Shown here piece by piece: positions 11,829 to 26,385 of a DNA stretch of 64,000 nucleotides. The DNA is taken from assembly GCF_006345805.1 (NCBI RefSeq), contig NC_042998.1, positions 11,222,001-11,286,000 on the forward strand, read 5' to 3'. Each line of letters begins with the position of its first letter. Within the stretch, counting starts at the first letter, position 1. Below the pieces are notes generated by a model. That model saw only the letters and a list, made by a program, of their open reading frames with translations. It did no database searches and was not told the DNA's origin. The position numbers and the translations under genes were made by a program. This stretch comes from Octopus sinensis (lineage: Eukaryota).

Positions 11829-13622
11829 TAAAGGATAAAGGGTAATTACAAAGATCTCTACCGGTCGTGAGGCACAAGTCCGGGTCAGCTTGTTTATGGA
11901 ACACCAGCAGTCGCCTATACATAACTGCCTCCCATCCACGTATATATAAAGAGAGAGTCATAGGCATAGAGATATGTTTGGAAGGACATACAAACACACA
12001 TTAACGCCAACATCACTAAAATCTACAGCAGCAAAAGGCCAAGAGGAGCAAGAACGAGGATAAGAACAAAATATTTAAAATTACAAGAGTAACATTCAGT
12101 TTACATCAGATTATCAGATAATCACAAAAATATAACTAAAACCCCACGAAAAATTAGAAGTATCCTGATGACATTAGTTCAAGTTTAAAATTGAAAATTA
12201 ACTTGTTTAAGACAAACTTAAGACTTTTTCTATTGTTTCTGCCGTTGATAGTGATATTTTTACTGTATTTTAAATATTTTATTTAGTGTTGATGTGAACT
12301 CGTGTCTTGATAGTTCGTGATTTATATATTACTTTTTTTTTTAAATCGTCATTGTTATTGTTCCTTGCTTTCCCGCGTGTTTTTCTACATACAAAAAAAA
12401 AATAACACAACAAAGATGGCGTAAATATCAATTTCTTACACAACATAAGAAAAACAATATTGTTGTTATTTTCTTGATCAGCGTGTAGCATTATCATTAA
12501 TGGACTCCATGTGGGGAACCCTCATGTAACAATAAAATCTGCTAATTAAAACTTTTCTACTTGGCTTCTCTTTCTTACCCACAAACATACGTTTACATTT
12601 ATATGTATGAATTTATATGTAAGCACACACACATATATATATTTGTTTGTGTGTGTACGTGTTTATGTGTAAATATGAATGTGTCTGTGCGTGCGCACTC
12701 TTATGTATGTATGAATCAGCCCTGCTATATGACTGCCTCTTTTTCCAAATATCAGGGACCTAAACGTTATTCTGAATTTCCTACAGATATATAAATCATG
12801 AGGTTGTAAGGTCGGAGAAGAGGGTTAATTCTTGACATTTTGTTTGGTTACTGCTATTGAGGGAGGCAAGTCGAGGAAGTGAGCGGTTTTCTCAATCGTT
12901 GTTTGAAGTCATGTCACTTCACTTACGCTTGTAATATCTTTGAGAAAGACGAGAACATCTCATAGCATTCCACTTTAACTACCTTATAAAAGTAGGTCAA
13001 AAGCATCAAAAGGAAAAAATATTAATGTGACAACCAACATGGAATAAAGAACAGCATCTCGCGGTAATGCTTGGATTCTGCGAATTAGTTTCAGATCTTG
13101 ACTGAAATTAAGTCACTTTGCTTAATTCACTGTGACCACTGAAAAAATGATTATAGACATCTATGACACTTGCATTTACACCCCCGATACATTCATACTT
13201 CTGTACATATATCCAGAAAGTAATATTAGACAATACTTCATTGGTGAAGTGTTAAACTATTTTGTTTTATTCTTGTCTTGTTTTAACTTTGCAAAAGGTC
13301 AGTATTGTAAAGGGTAACTGCATTCATTGCAACTGAATTTTTGTTCATTTTAATACTGACTTAAACGGCTTTGTACATATACAAGTGTGTGTGTGTGTGT
13401 TTCTCTCTTTTCATCAACAACAACACATAATTACGGCCCTTAAACTTGCTACAAATGTTAAGCATTGCAAACTCTAATGATCTTTCAATGTGAAGTTACA
13501 TATGTAACATTGCACAAACTGCAAGCTGGAAACTAGGATTCCTCTTCATAGTCACTAAATGGTTTAACTCTTATCAATTACTGACCCACTTCACAGTCCA
13601 ATTAAAAACCACAAAACGTATT

Positions 13623-13929
13623 ACTTACGCTGTGGCTACTACATAAAAACGGTCCTCAGAACAAGAAAAAAAAGCACACTCACATATATTTCACAATCAT
13701 GGGCTAACCGCACACAGTGTTTCTTCTATTCATCTCAGGTATTGGCACTCGAAGGACACATACCCCCGTGACCCTAACTGTTTCACCTCTAAGTTCCTGC
13801 ACAAAACACCATCTCTAATCTTTCTTCCACAGAGTTGCAGGTATTTGGAATTTCTTCCACTCAGTTGTTTCAGACAACCACCTAAAGGTGTTCAGTTCAA
13901 AGTGAACTTCAGCATTTTCAATCTCACCA
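13623..13929. repeat. Local low-copy duplication, copy 1 (partner 15726-15993)
   Basis: By-eye alignment gives ~8-9 substitutions, one 1-bp indel and a 40-bp deletion in copy 2. Confidence 0.93.
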
Positions 13930-14749
13930 GACTGGGATGACCTCCAATGACTAAGTTGCAAAAGAAAATAACAGAAGATGAATTCAGTCGCAAGTGAAAA
14001 GGAAATTGCAGTGAAAAGTTTACGTGTCGTTAAGTTACACTGTAGGGTATCATCAGTTTCTGCCATGGTTCTTTCATACATATATCAGATACCTCGAGGA
14101 GCAATCTGGAAACAATCATTTGAGCGTGAAGTAAATATCTTTCGCTGGGTGAGGGGTATCACTATCACATTCAACATGTATACATGAACCTGATAGTTAT
14201 ACCCAACGGTTAAATAAACTGAATTTATTCTAATTAAAATTACATCTCTGAGGAACAGAAAACAAGTCAATTACAAAAGAAAACAAATCAATTCTTAATT
14301 CTCAGTTTTGGCCAAGAGAGACAGAAATTTTAATTCTCATCAATTAAATATTGCATGCAGTGATGAGTGACTCTGATCATTATCAAGCTGATGAAATTAT
14401 AACTTATAACTTAAGAGAATTACTGGGGGTGTGAGCAAATACCCAAGGTCGTCTGCTATATGGGAAACATACAATATCATGGTACAAACATACTACGCTG
14501 TGTACCTACATAATTTAATAAAAGTTAGGTCCCTAATGAGCAATAAATATAATTTATTAATGACTTTGAAACTTTCGGACGTATGTAGCTCGATCCATTC
14601 AACTACAGAAAGAAGACAGACGAAATGAGAAAAATTAATTCCAGAAGTTTGCAGCCTTATATTTTTGTTCTTTTTTCACTTCTTGTAGTTTTAGCTTTTA
14701 ATTTGTTACCTATATTTCTTTTTTAGCTCATTGGACTGCTGCAGTGCTT

Positions 14750-15000
14750 ACGCAGCGTCTTGAAAAGTTCCCAAAATATTTGGGGCTTAAAGGACAAAAC
14801 TAAAATGTTTGCTGTAGAGTGGGAAATAATAGGCAGGGCTGGTGCCTATAAAATTGGAAATGCCTATTATTTTCTTTGGGTGGAATAATTATTCCAAATC
14901 TTAAATTCTAGACGTAGACTCCTTAACTCCAAAAAGGAGGATGGGTTATCGCGTGTTCATGTCTGTAAACAAGTTTTCAAAAACTGCCATTAACTATATC
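14750..15000 (+). mobile_element. Penelope-like (Neptune-type) GIY-YIG C-terminal remnant
   Basis: IWGLKDKTKMFAVEWEIIGRAGAY...RLLNSKKE resembles the IW.LK....W.I...Y...C.LC..EK...LLN.R motif also at 40750-40900. Confidence 0.65.
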
Positions 15001-15725
15001 GTAAGGATTACTAAAACTATAAATTCGGTGGTATCTTAAGATTGATATGCTAACAATAGTAACTAAATAGTAACTAATATGCTAACAATAGTAACTAAAA
15101 AGGTTAAATATTTTTTAGTAGATGTCTTATTAATATCAAAATATAAAATAAATGATTAATATAAATATAAAGTTATATTTACAGCTAACTGTATTATATA
15201 AACGTTGCCACGACATTAATTTAAGTACGTATCTCAGGAATCTGTGATTATTATTAGTAGAAAATAGGTTATTTTAAGTCAAAGATACTACGTATTAATT
15301 TAATAATACTTTAAATTTTTATTAATTTTGATTTGTTAACGTTAATTAATACTTTCCTCAATTATAATCGTTCGTATCGATTCTCACAATTATAAATAAA
15401 TATATTGTGCAAATATATTGATGACGTAATATTCAGATTTGCTAAATAGTGAGCAGCTTTTATTCGTCATTGTCTAGGAACTTTTAACACGTTAACAAAC
15501 GCACGCACGCACAAATACATAAAAAAATTATTACATATATGTATCTATGATTTAAAAATGAAAATAAATAAATAAATAATGAACAATAAATAATGATAAT
15601 AATAATATTTTATTATTTAGCTGTAATTACTAGAGATTACAACTGGGTTAATTATAACAAATTTCTTAAGTGATTAAATACTTTACTAACATTTCGATCT
15701 ATCATAACTTATAATGTAAATTATC

Positions 15726-15993
15726 ACTTACGCTGTGGCTACTACATAAAAACGGTCCTCAGAACAAGAGAAAAAATGCCCACTCACATATATTTCACAA
15801 TCATGGGCTAACCGAACACAGTGTTTCTTCTATCCATTTCAGGTATTGGCACTCGAAGGACACATACCCCCGTGACCCTAACTGTTTCACCTCTAAGTTC
15901 CTACACAAAACACCGTCTCTAATCTTTCTTCCACAGAGTTGCAGGTATTTGGTGTTCAGTTCAAAGTGAACTTCTGCATTTTCAATCTCACCA
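15726..15993. repeat. Local low-copy duplication, copy 2
   Basis: See 13623-13929. Confidence 0.93.
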
Positions 15994-16574
15994 TATTGTT
16001 TTTAGTTTCTAGTAATCGCATCGAAATATTGTTTAAGCTAAGAGATATTTTTGTTTTTCAACACATTACACACACACGCGACCAAATGCATGAAGAAATT
16101 TGTATATACATATACATAATGTTTTGTTTTTCTTTTCTTTTTTAAATACATTGGTTGCTGAAACGCACATGTCTGAGTCTAACAAGGGTCAAACGACACA
16201 TTGGAATGTAGCTCCTGTCTATCAAATTCTTCCCCTGACTAAAGGCCCAACCAACGATACTCAACATGAAAATTGAATTTCACTTCATTCCATTAAATTT
16301 AATTTCTCAAATTGACTTTGTTAAACATCGAAACAACTGTAAGTGCAATGGATTTAATATTGCTCGCAACTGAATGTTCTAATAAATTAGTGTCAATACA
16401 CCAATTTCTCCGTTTCTTTTCTCTCATACAAAAATCGTAATATACCCATAACATTCAATTCGAAACTAATATCTTTGGTTTTTAACTGATACACTGGATA
16501 TAGCCGGGTCCTTTGATGCTACCATCCGTTTAGGAGGATTTTATATCCTTGTTTTAATTATATATATATATATA

Positions 16575-16886
<312 letters not shown>

Positions 16887-16890
16887 TATA

Positions 16891-17671
16891 GGAAGAGTTT
16901 ACGAAAAAAACAAAAACAAAGACAGGTGGTGTACAAAACAAACAGATGTATTAGTATAACGCTCAGGAATAGAAAAAAGTATTTTACATTTCGAGCCTAC
17001 GCTCTTCTACAGAAAGGGACACAGAAAAAACAAGGCGAGAAACAAGGAGAGAAAAAAATGTATGTAGTGGCTGGCGACTGACTTCGGGCAGAAGGATCAC
17101 ACACGAGAGGGGGAAGTAGGGGAGATAACAAAGTAGAGATGACCGCCCCCAACACGAAGGTGCGTGTGTGTATAAGAGAGTATGTATGTGCGTGTGAAAG
17201 AGGGCTGGTAGTCTGGACATGTGCGTGTAGGTATGTGTAGGTGTGAAAATATGGGGATGGGTGTGTGGGTGGTGTTGTGATGTGATGTGTAATGTTGTAT
17301 GGTGTAGTGTGGTGTGATGTTGTTGGGAGGTGGTGGAGGCGAGAGTGGGGAAAGCACGGGTGGGTTGTGGGTTCGGCTGAGGGTTGGGGTTTGTGGGTAG
17401 GTAGAGGGTGGAGTAAAGGTGGGGTATGTGGGAAAGTGTGTGGGGGATAGGATAGGGATGGGAAGGTGGAGTAGGAATGTGTAGGGTGTGGGTGGGTTTA
17501 TGGGGGAGGGGAAGGTGGGTATGTGAGGAGAGATTGGAGGAGAGAAGAGAGAAAGAGAGTAGGTGAGAAGAGAGAAAGGCAGTAAGAGAGAAGAGGTTAA
17601 GTGAGTAGGGATGAAAAGAAGTAGGAATCGGGGCAAGAGTGGAGAGTTGGGTGGGAGGATGTAGGAGGGAG

Positions 17672-17674
<3 letters not shown>
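16891..17674 (-). mobile_element. (TA)n-flanked element: hammerhead-like 3' module plus ~590-bp strand-skewed extension
   Basis: 16891-17085 aligns with 20457-20652; motif CTGTAGA-A-GAGC-GTAG-GCTC-GAAA; contiguous G-rich (plus strand) block to 17674. Confidence 0.55.
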
Positions 17675-18222
<548 letters not shown>

Positions 18223-18414
18223 ATCGCAAAACTACGGATAAAGAAAATCACATCTTTAATTGTAGAATTCACCTTGCAAAGCCAACAATTGTTTCTGTTG
18301 TATCATATTTAGATATTCTGTTGTATCATATTTAGATACAGAAAATATCATTGAAATTAATATATCCCAAAATACATGCTAAAACAAAGTTTTCAAGACG
18401 ATCCAAAATTCTGA

Positions 18415-18860
18415 ATCCATCTATCTTTTCCGTTCACTTTTCCTATGAGTATTGTGGTGGTAGAGTCCTCAGTCACCTCTTCCACGGAACAAACTTTCAA
18501 TATACTTTCCGGCTAGATCCCAAGCGTGATCAACTGAGGCTATGGATATTTCCCAGCCATCTTGTTCGAGAACTACATCTAAGTATCCTGCCGATTAGCT
18601 CGGCTTGACGAATTCGCATTACAAATCTTTCATGCAACATTCTAATCAGATATCCGTAGTAACGGAGCGGTGACCTCTCAATGGCCTCCATGACCTTCAT
18701 ACTACGCACTCTATCGAGTAACGTTGATTCAGAAATCCTTTGTAGAAACCTCCAATTTCGGCCGCCTGTATTCACGATTGTAATGTTTCGCTCATTAGAT
18801 AAAACACGGAAATTAACGTGACACGCTAGTGATTGGAAATACATTTGGTAACAGGGAAAT
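18415..18860 (-). mobile_element. RTE-clade LINE, decayed 3' end
   Basis: LRYYGYLIRM...GRILRCSSRTRWLGNI resembles LRW.GH..RM...G.R.RG.P..RW.D.I of RTE ORF ends. Confidence 0.7.
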
Positions 18861-18930
18861 GGTAGATTAACGGACAAAATGTTTCAAAATTTTTTGTGAT
18901 GTACCTTTACGGTCTAAAGCTGAATCTTAC

Positions 18931-18962
18931 CGCTGTTATCACTGTCTTTCATCCTTCTGATA
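18931..18962 (-). CDS. Candidate 32-bp micro-exon (IRRMKDSDNS), unverified
   Basis: Acceptor TTTTTATAATTATTTTATCAG, donor CG|GTAAGA; only one frame open. Confidence 0.22.
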
Positions 18963-19259
18963 CTGATAAAATAATTATAAAAAATAAAAACAGTCATTAA
19001 CTGAGAAGAGTATTAGTTGTAATTAATTTCTCCCCAAACATTTTTGTCCTTGTGCCTATGTGATAATTCTTAATTAAATCAGTAATAAAAACGTTCAAGA
19101 AAACTTCTAATAATGCTTGTACTTATATGTTTTCATTATTTTCTTATTTGTTTCTTTCATGATTCGGATCATTGGAATGGTAAAATATTTTAGTTTGTAC
19201 ACATACTTAAGACACCACTTACCCAGATTTTATATTTGATAGTATACGTTAAGGCTGTA

Positions 19260-19272
19260 TACACACACACAC

Positions 19273-19366
<94 letters not shown>

Positions 19367-19416
19367 CATACATAACTAGATATTTATACTTTTAAATTAA
19401 TGCATATACATGTAGG

Positions 19417-19475
<59 letters not shown>
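19260..19475. repeat. (CA)n/(TA)n microsatellites
   Basis: Direct reading. Confidence 0.95.
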
Positions 19476-19477
<2 letters not shown>

Positions 19478-20423
19478 TAATATGAAGAAAATAGAAAGTT
19501 TTGAATACAGCCAAATTAATATATGTAACTACAGATACATACATATATATGGAGACATATATGCATATAAATCTAAGTATTATTCATAAATATATAAAAG
19601 TGCGTATGTATGTATGCACGTATGAATGTATGTACGTATGTATGTAAGTAGAAAGCGGCCATTTGCCTCCCATATCATACGATAACATACGATATATGTT
19701 TTTCTGTTTGCTTCTGCGAGATAGAGTTTCAACGTCAGTAAATTGTGTCACTGGAATATACTATGGGAAGAACATTCTATTACGATTAACTTGACACAGC
19801 TTTCACTCGAATGTTTCTCCTTTTTTTTATGGACTGACAGTGTACCTGGTAACCCTGTTTTACGAGTAGCTTAGCGTTCAGCTCCTCTGGGTCTTCACAT
19901 TGCACTAGTTAGCCTTTCCTTTGTATAATGACACAAGACAAGCAGAGAGCAAAGAGATCAGAATTCGCTGCAAAGCATATTTTTTAATTTATTTCTTCAT
20001 TTGTAAATGATTGTTTACATTGGCTACCTAATTACGAGACTCTTGTCACGTCACTTTCTGTTTAGAAGAATGTCGAGTTTTAGATATCGAGCAAAAGACA
20101 AATTTCCAGTGCGGTTTCCATTCTGACTCATAGTCTACTTTGATACTTTTTTAGAAAATCATTAACGCCACACAGTCTCCAATTCAGAAGAGTTAATTGT
20201 GTGGATAATGTGAACGTTTGATAATTCGTGTACAACATGTGAGTTAACAACACTACTGTTACCGATATCAATCCAATAAGATTTATATTCACACAGGCAC
20301 ATATAAATATAAACACATAAACACACACAGACACACACACACACAACACACACACACACGCATATATATATATATATATATATATACGCAATAGGACACA
20401 TGCGCGTGTGCGTGTGCGTGTGC

Positions 20424-20456
<33 letters not shown>

Positions 20457-20457
<1 letters not shown>

Positions 20458-20652
20458 CGGGAAGGTTTACGAAAATAAACAAAAGACGAAGGCAGGTGGA
20501 GTACAAACGAAGAAATATATTAGTATGGCGCTCAGGAATAGAAATAGAACAAGTCTTTTACGTTTCGAGCCTACGATCTTCGACAGAAAGATACACAGAA
20601 AGAAAACAAGGAGAGAAAAAATGCGTGTAGGAACTAACGATCTATCATGGCG
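20457..20652 (-). mobile_element. Short (TA)n-flanked hammerhead-like element, second copy of the 16891 family
   Basis: CTGTCGA-A-GATC-GTAG-GCTC-GAAA-CGTAA...TGAGCG; (TA)n on both sides. Confidence 0.6.
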
Positions 20653-21009
20653 TATATATATATATATATATATATTGCTGATCAATTGTTTTGTCTCATT
20701 TTGTCTCAAAGTCGTATGACGCCCCCGTATCATTCCTGTTTTTATTCGTTACTGTAAATTTTATCTTCGTCTCTTGTTTTCCTGTTCGTCTCTGCTGTCA
20801 CATTCTTTCCTTCTACCAAGCAAATCTAATGCCCATAGCTTAGCTTTTCCTTGGGGCTGGCCCTTTCGGAGCAAATCTCAGAATTAAACAGCCGAAATTT
20901 GCCATGATGAATCGGTTTCTGACTGAAGAATGAAGGCTCTGAATTACTGTCCGTTTTTCCTTGTTTGTCAATTCGTGAATTTCACGTTCTTTATATATAA
21001 GTTTTATTC

Positions 21010-21067
<58 letters not shown>

Positions 21068-21222
21068 TTATATTTATATTTATATGTATGTATATAAATA
21101 TACAGGTACATCTGAAAGGGTGGATAATATGTGCGTGCATGTGCGTATGAAAAATTTAAAAGACCTACATAAAGTGGATGCAAATGATTTTAATAAACAA
21201 CTGCGCCCTCTATTGTCTAGAA

Positions 21223-21537
21223 CAGTGGTTCTCAACCGAGGTTCACATGGCCCTTGATAGTGCATATAAGATTTTGGGGATCCACACTTGGGGATCCACA
21301 ATAATATTGCTTCCAATGTATAATATATTGGTATGTATTGCAAAAAAACAGCCAGGCTACTTTATCTAACATTTTACATCGTTCAACTTACACAGTCTAA
21401 TGCGTGAAAACCAAAATATTAAATTTGAAAGAAGTTTCTATAAGTTTATTTTTTAAACGTCGAATAGTTGCGGCAGCAGACCAGAGTAAATTAGTAATCA
21501 AAGAAGTTCATTGATACAAAATGGCTGAGAACCTCTG
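21223..21537. mobile_element. hAT-type MITE
   Basis: TIRs CAGTGGTTCTCAACC / GGCTGAGAACCTCTG; 8-bp TSD GTCTAGAA / GTCTACAA (NTCTAGAN-like, typical of hAT-Charlie). Confidence 0.88.
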
Positions 21538-21772
21538 GTCTACAATTCCAGTTCAGCGTATTCACAGTAAGGTGGGTAAATTCACTAAATGCCAGCTCAA
21601 GAATAAGAATTAGCAAAAGCGTAGACCGCCAATAGTGGTACTCTAGCATGGTCGCTACCTATGGGCTGAAACAAGCAAATTTTCTAAGACATCTACACAA
21701 GGCACACACACATGCATACGTATGCATTTATATTGATATACATACATACATACATGCACATATATATATATA

Positions 21773-21866
<94 letters not shown>

Positions 21867-21916
21867 ATATAATATATATATATAATATATATATATATTA
21901 TATATATATATATATA

Positions 21917-21962
21917 CAGGGAGAGTTTACGAAAAAAACAGAAAACGAAGACGGGTGGTTTA
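21917..21962 (-). mobile_element. Terminal stub of the 16891/20457 family
   Basis: GGGAGAGTTTACGAAAAAAACAGAAAACGAAGACGGGTGGT matches 16891-16940; preceded by (TA)n. Confidence 0.65.
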
Positions 21963-22758
21963 CGAGCAAAAGGCCCCCCGTCCAATGGACGGTGTTGAGG
22001 CGTCAAACATTTAAACCAAATTTTCTCAAAACAACTTGTCTGAGCGTCCCATAGGCCTCCCCTTTGAGAAACAGATTTAACCTAAATTTGAGACACTTGA
22101 AAAATAAGAAATAAAGATATACTATTTTTCTATTCCAAAGAAAAACGATTTTATTCACACAAATATGCAACTGAAGTGTTTAAAGTAAGCATAAGGCTGT
22201 TGACTGGGAGAACACAAACATGGTTTAAACGGTAAGCTTGGCAGGAAAGAAATCTGCCTTTAAGCAGTACAAAAGGAACAAAAAGTGGAAGGTGCAGTTA
22301 CGTACAGGTTGACGCAGGAAAAGCAGGACAAAAACGATGCAAGAAAATGGGTTAGCTGGAAGTAAATCTAGATGGAAAAGCATGATGAATTTATGAGAAC
22401 GTGCCTGGGACAATAATAAGTTTATCCGATAAAACATGTAGGAAATTAACTTGGGGCGATTTTTTATGAAAAGCAACAATCTAGGGAACTAAGTAACTAA
22501 TTTTAAGCTAACTTACTTTCCGGGATGTTCAAGGGCATGGAAAAGCTAGTGAAGCGCAGCCTTGTAAGCCACATTCCTGATGTACTTGCGCGTACAAATG
22601 CACGTTCCCACGGCTTTATCGATCGCATTCTCACCTGGGATCGATTTTCATAATTTTTTTCAAGACATATACACGCCCTGATACCCTCGGTATCTACATA
22701 TCAAATTTGAGCGCAATCGGATGGAGGATGCCCGAGATCCAAGAAGACACACACACAC

Positions 22759-22790
<32 letters not shown>
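21963..22790 (-). mobile_element. Probable non-autonomous Helitron-like element
   Basis: Hairpin CCGTCC-AAT-GGACGG ~12 nt from a CTCG(T) end; the other end has the CAAATTTGAGCGCAATCGG..ACACAC module like 33150-33240. Confidence 0.55.
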
Positions 22791-22793
<3 letters not shown>

Positions 22794-24260
22794 CTGTCTC
22801 TCAAAAGGAATATGGTTATTATTTAGAGATAACTTTATTGTTATTGTCGCTGAACTCCAGGGCAGCCTTTCGACCATACTATTAAATTTTGCTAAGACAT
22901 ATCTGGGATCGTGGTATGAAAAGCGTCATTCCCGCTTTCTTTTTGAAAAGTAGCACTTTTACCTTGGTGTTTAATCAAACAATTAGCCGTAATCAAGCAA
23001 AACTATATTTAGTGGCGTTTTATGCGGGATTATTTCTTCTATTTTTTCGTATGTACTGAGAGTTACATTATTCAATGTGTACCTCACGAGATTTGGGCGT
23101 TACCTAAGTGACTTAATTGTAGGAAGAAGAACGACTATATTATGGCTCCTTTATTGACATGCTCAAGTATTTTGTTGTTTAGTAACTTGTATGCGCTCAT
23201 ATATGATAACTACGACCAGGGATGTTCTATGCGTGACCGACCTGCTTTATGTTTCAAACTTTGTTTCAAACGAATTTATTTAAAACGAGACAACACCTAC
23301 ACAAACGTAGTCCACTTGATATTTCATGCTGCTAACTTTTATTGTTCGAGTGACCTCTTGGCAGTATATTTGGTATCTTGTTTCTTAGCAACATGACGAC
23401 TATTTGCGACTAAATTTTCTTAACCAAGGACAAATACAATGTTAGGCCAACAGTCTAACTTCTCTATTTGTTACTCTACCTATTTGTAGTACGTAACATA
23501 ACCTGTGTCATAGCAGGGTAGTGGACGACTAAAACGGTCAAATCCACACAGTCGACTAGGTGAGAATGTGTGCGCAATGCATGATTGAAAATAAAACATA
23601 AAAAAATACGAATACATCTCACAGGAAAGACAACAAATGATGCATAGTGAGGCAATAAGAACTACGAGCTTATCTACTAAAAGAAACAGCCCAGCGAAAC
23701 TCGATTAGTCTGTTGTGCAAATACGGCCTCCAAAATCTATGGATTTTGATTGATTAATGTGATATGAATCTCCTATCATTTGCTTGATTGCCAATAATCT
23801 ATCAATACGGACTTTATGAATCATATTTAACTCAGTCTTGATATTGTTGTTACTATTGTTGTTGCTTAGATTCAAGACAACTCTGATCGAATTGACATAT
23901 GATCAAAAACAGTTCATCCGGGTTCGTCCTACTTTTTTCTATGGGATAATTTAGCAATACATTATGTATAGAGTCTTTTATTTAAGACGGTATTATGAGA
24001 TAATTGTAAATCAGCTCGGGCTACTATATCTTGCAGACAGCATGATCATGCAAAGATTTCCTTTGTTGACCCGATATGTCTAATGTTATTTTACATTTTA
24101 AATAGTAGTTACGTTGGGATAAAATATCAACCACACCTCTGGCGAGAATCGAAAAGTGACTCATTCACTTGTGTTGTAGCTGTTGTTTTTGTTTATCTCA
24201 AAATTAACGTTGATTAAGCAAACATATAACCTACAGGTATTCCATTCGTGACTATGTAAT

Positions 24261-24676
24261 CTCTCTTTTACTCTTTTACTCTTTCACTTGTTTCAGTCAT
24301 TTGACTGTGGCCATGCTGGAGCACCGCCTTTAGTCGAGCAAATCGACCCCGGAACTTATTCTTTGTAAGTCCAGTACTTATTCTATCGGTCTCTTTTGCC
24401 GAACCGCTAAGTGACGGGGACGTAAATACACCAGCATCGGTTGTCAAGCAATGCTAGGGGGACAAACACAGACACACAAACACACACACACACACATATA
24501 TATACATATATACGACAGGCTTCTTTCAGTTTCCGTCTACTAAATCCACTCACAAGGCACTGGTCGGCCCGGGGCTATAGCAGAAGACACTTGCCCAAGA
24601 TGCCATGCAGTGGGACTGAACCCGGAACCATGTGATTGGTTAGCAAGCTACTTACAACACAGCCACTCCTGCGCCT
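24261..24676 (-). mobile_element. SINE group 2, full length
   Basis: Sense head GGCGCAGGAGTGGCTGTG..GGTTCAGTCCC (A/B boxes), then TCTTGGGCAAGT; internal (TA)/(TG) microsatellite; (TAAAAGAG)n tail. Confidence 0.9.
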
Positions 24677-24929
24677 AAGGATATTTAAGACTACATTATC
24701 TAATGAGTGCATCCTTTCTTTATTTAAGTCGATGAGGGATATCTGCTTGGTGTATTTTAAGCAGGTCAAGCAAATAGGTAAACGCTCCCTCGTTGATTTT
24801 GTTACTGGTACTCAAGATGTGTGTAATAGGCTGCTAATCAATCAATTCTAAGTCGTTGTTTCGTACAACAAATTGGCAATAACTTAGTCCTACTTGATAA
24901 ACTTAGATAAACTTAGATATGTTTCGACC

Positions 24930-25425
24930 AAAGATTGGTCCAGGCCATGTCTAACTTAATAGCACCACCTGATAGGATTATTCGAATCCTGTTTAAATCA
25001 AGTTTTGTTCAAGTAGTGAGTTCTTGTTGGGTGAGTTGTATCAAGTTTTGTTCAAGTAGTGAGTTCTTGTTGAGTGAGTTGTATCCAATTATGGGTGGCT
25101 TATCTGGTATTTTTTGAAGGAATCTATCCAGACTCCGTTTAAAGTTGATGGGATCCTTCTCCTCTTTGATCTCCCTCGGGACAATGTTAAATAGGGCAGG
25201 GCCTGTTGAGGAAAAGAAATTATATTGCAGCGTACATGTGTGTTGTGATCTTGAATTGGGCAGGGGACGTATGGCCCGTGGTCCCAGACTTGGATGAACC
25301 TTGAAGCTAATGTTTAGGTCGTTTGGGCAAAGTTGGCGGTATATTCTCCACATCGTACAAATGATGTACCGCTCACGGCGACGCTGGAGGGAGTAAAGTT
25401 TCAGAAATATCTGATTATACACATC
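24930..25425 (-). mobile_element. CR1/L2-group LINE 3' end
   Basis: LKLYSLQRRRERYII...GPALFNIVP...FKRSLDRFLQKIPDKP..GY...NSLL. Confidence 0.8.
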
Positions 25426-26340
25426 TGTACCCCCGGGTTACACTGATTCGGCAAAAGCTGTCATCTTTCAGCTACTTTTATCACATTTTACAATGACTAC
25501 ATGAAATAGTATGTAGACTTTAAGTTCGATTGTAAAGAGAATTACATTGTCAACGAGACAACATTAAAGATAGGAATTGATTTCGTGATGTAGATTTATG
25601 CATTCGTGCGCAACCGACAATTGCCAAAACCGGTAATAGCTGTCGTTATAGTTGCTACTGTTTTTTTTTTTTTGTAATTTCAGCAAAATAGGAAGAGAGG
25701 CAAGAACAATTTAACTCCAGGTGGGTACACAGGTTATGAGCTTATCATAAGCATTATATTTTGATAAACATGCATTTAATGATCATAAACATACTTTTGT
25801 TAACAAAATCAATACCGTAACCATGGTATATGTGTCATTCAGCTGCACTAGCTGAACAGTGAGTCAGCACTGCATGACGACCTTCAGTCACTTAAATTTG
25901 AACTTGAGCCGTGAAGTAAAGGTGTGTTTGAATAAAATAGGATGATACAACTGCATTGTAAAAAAGAAAGAAAAACATCAATATAAAACTAAACCAAATA
26001 AAAATTTTTTAAATAATTTTTTTGTGTCTAACAAAAGAGTACTTAGCAGTTTAGTAGGTAACACTAGTACATTGGGCTATAGATTGGTGAAGGCAGTCCC
26101 TGTAATAGCTTGCCATTGTAGTCATGAAAACGACACTCTGTTACATTTGCCTGCAAACAGTAAGTACAATTATCACCCAGATCGGTTTTACTAAAGAGTA
26201 TATGAGAAGTTACATAACTCTATTCACACCGTTCCAGGTTTACTGCAGGGTGATGCAACAGAAGATAGTGAGTTATGAAATGTCAACTAAAATTCCTCTG
26301 CTCATTATCAACATAGAATTCCACAGTTTTCAGCACTTAC

Positions 26341-26385
26341 GTTTTTCTACTGACGGTCATGGTGATGACACTCTTGACATCAAAT
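26341..26385 (-). CDS. Candidate 45-bp exon (FDVKSVITMTVSRK), unverified
   Basis: Branch-like TAACTAAT, acceptor TCTTTCCTTTCCCAAAG, donor AC|GTAAGT; only one frame open. Confidence 0.25.

Noticed and set aside
21635-21680. 7-bp micro-exon candidate with acceptor TTGCTTGTTTCAG
   Set aside because: The sequence is a degenerate SINE group 2 tail and the donor is weak.
23360-23430. Faint inverted similarity to 41880-41975 (GGCAGTAT..TAGCAA..TTTGCGACTAA)
   Set aside because: Too short and diverged to call by eye; it would need an alignment.
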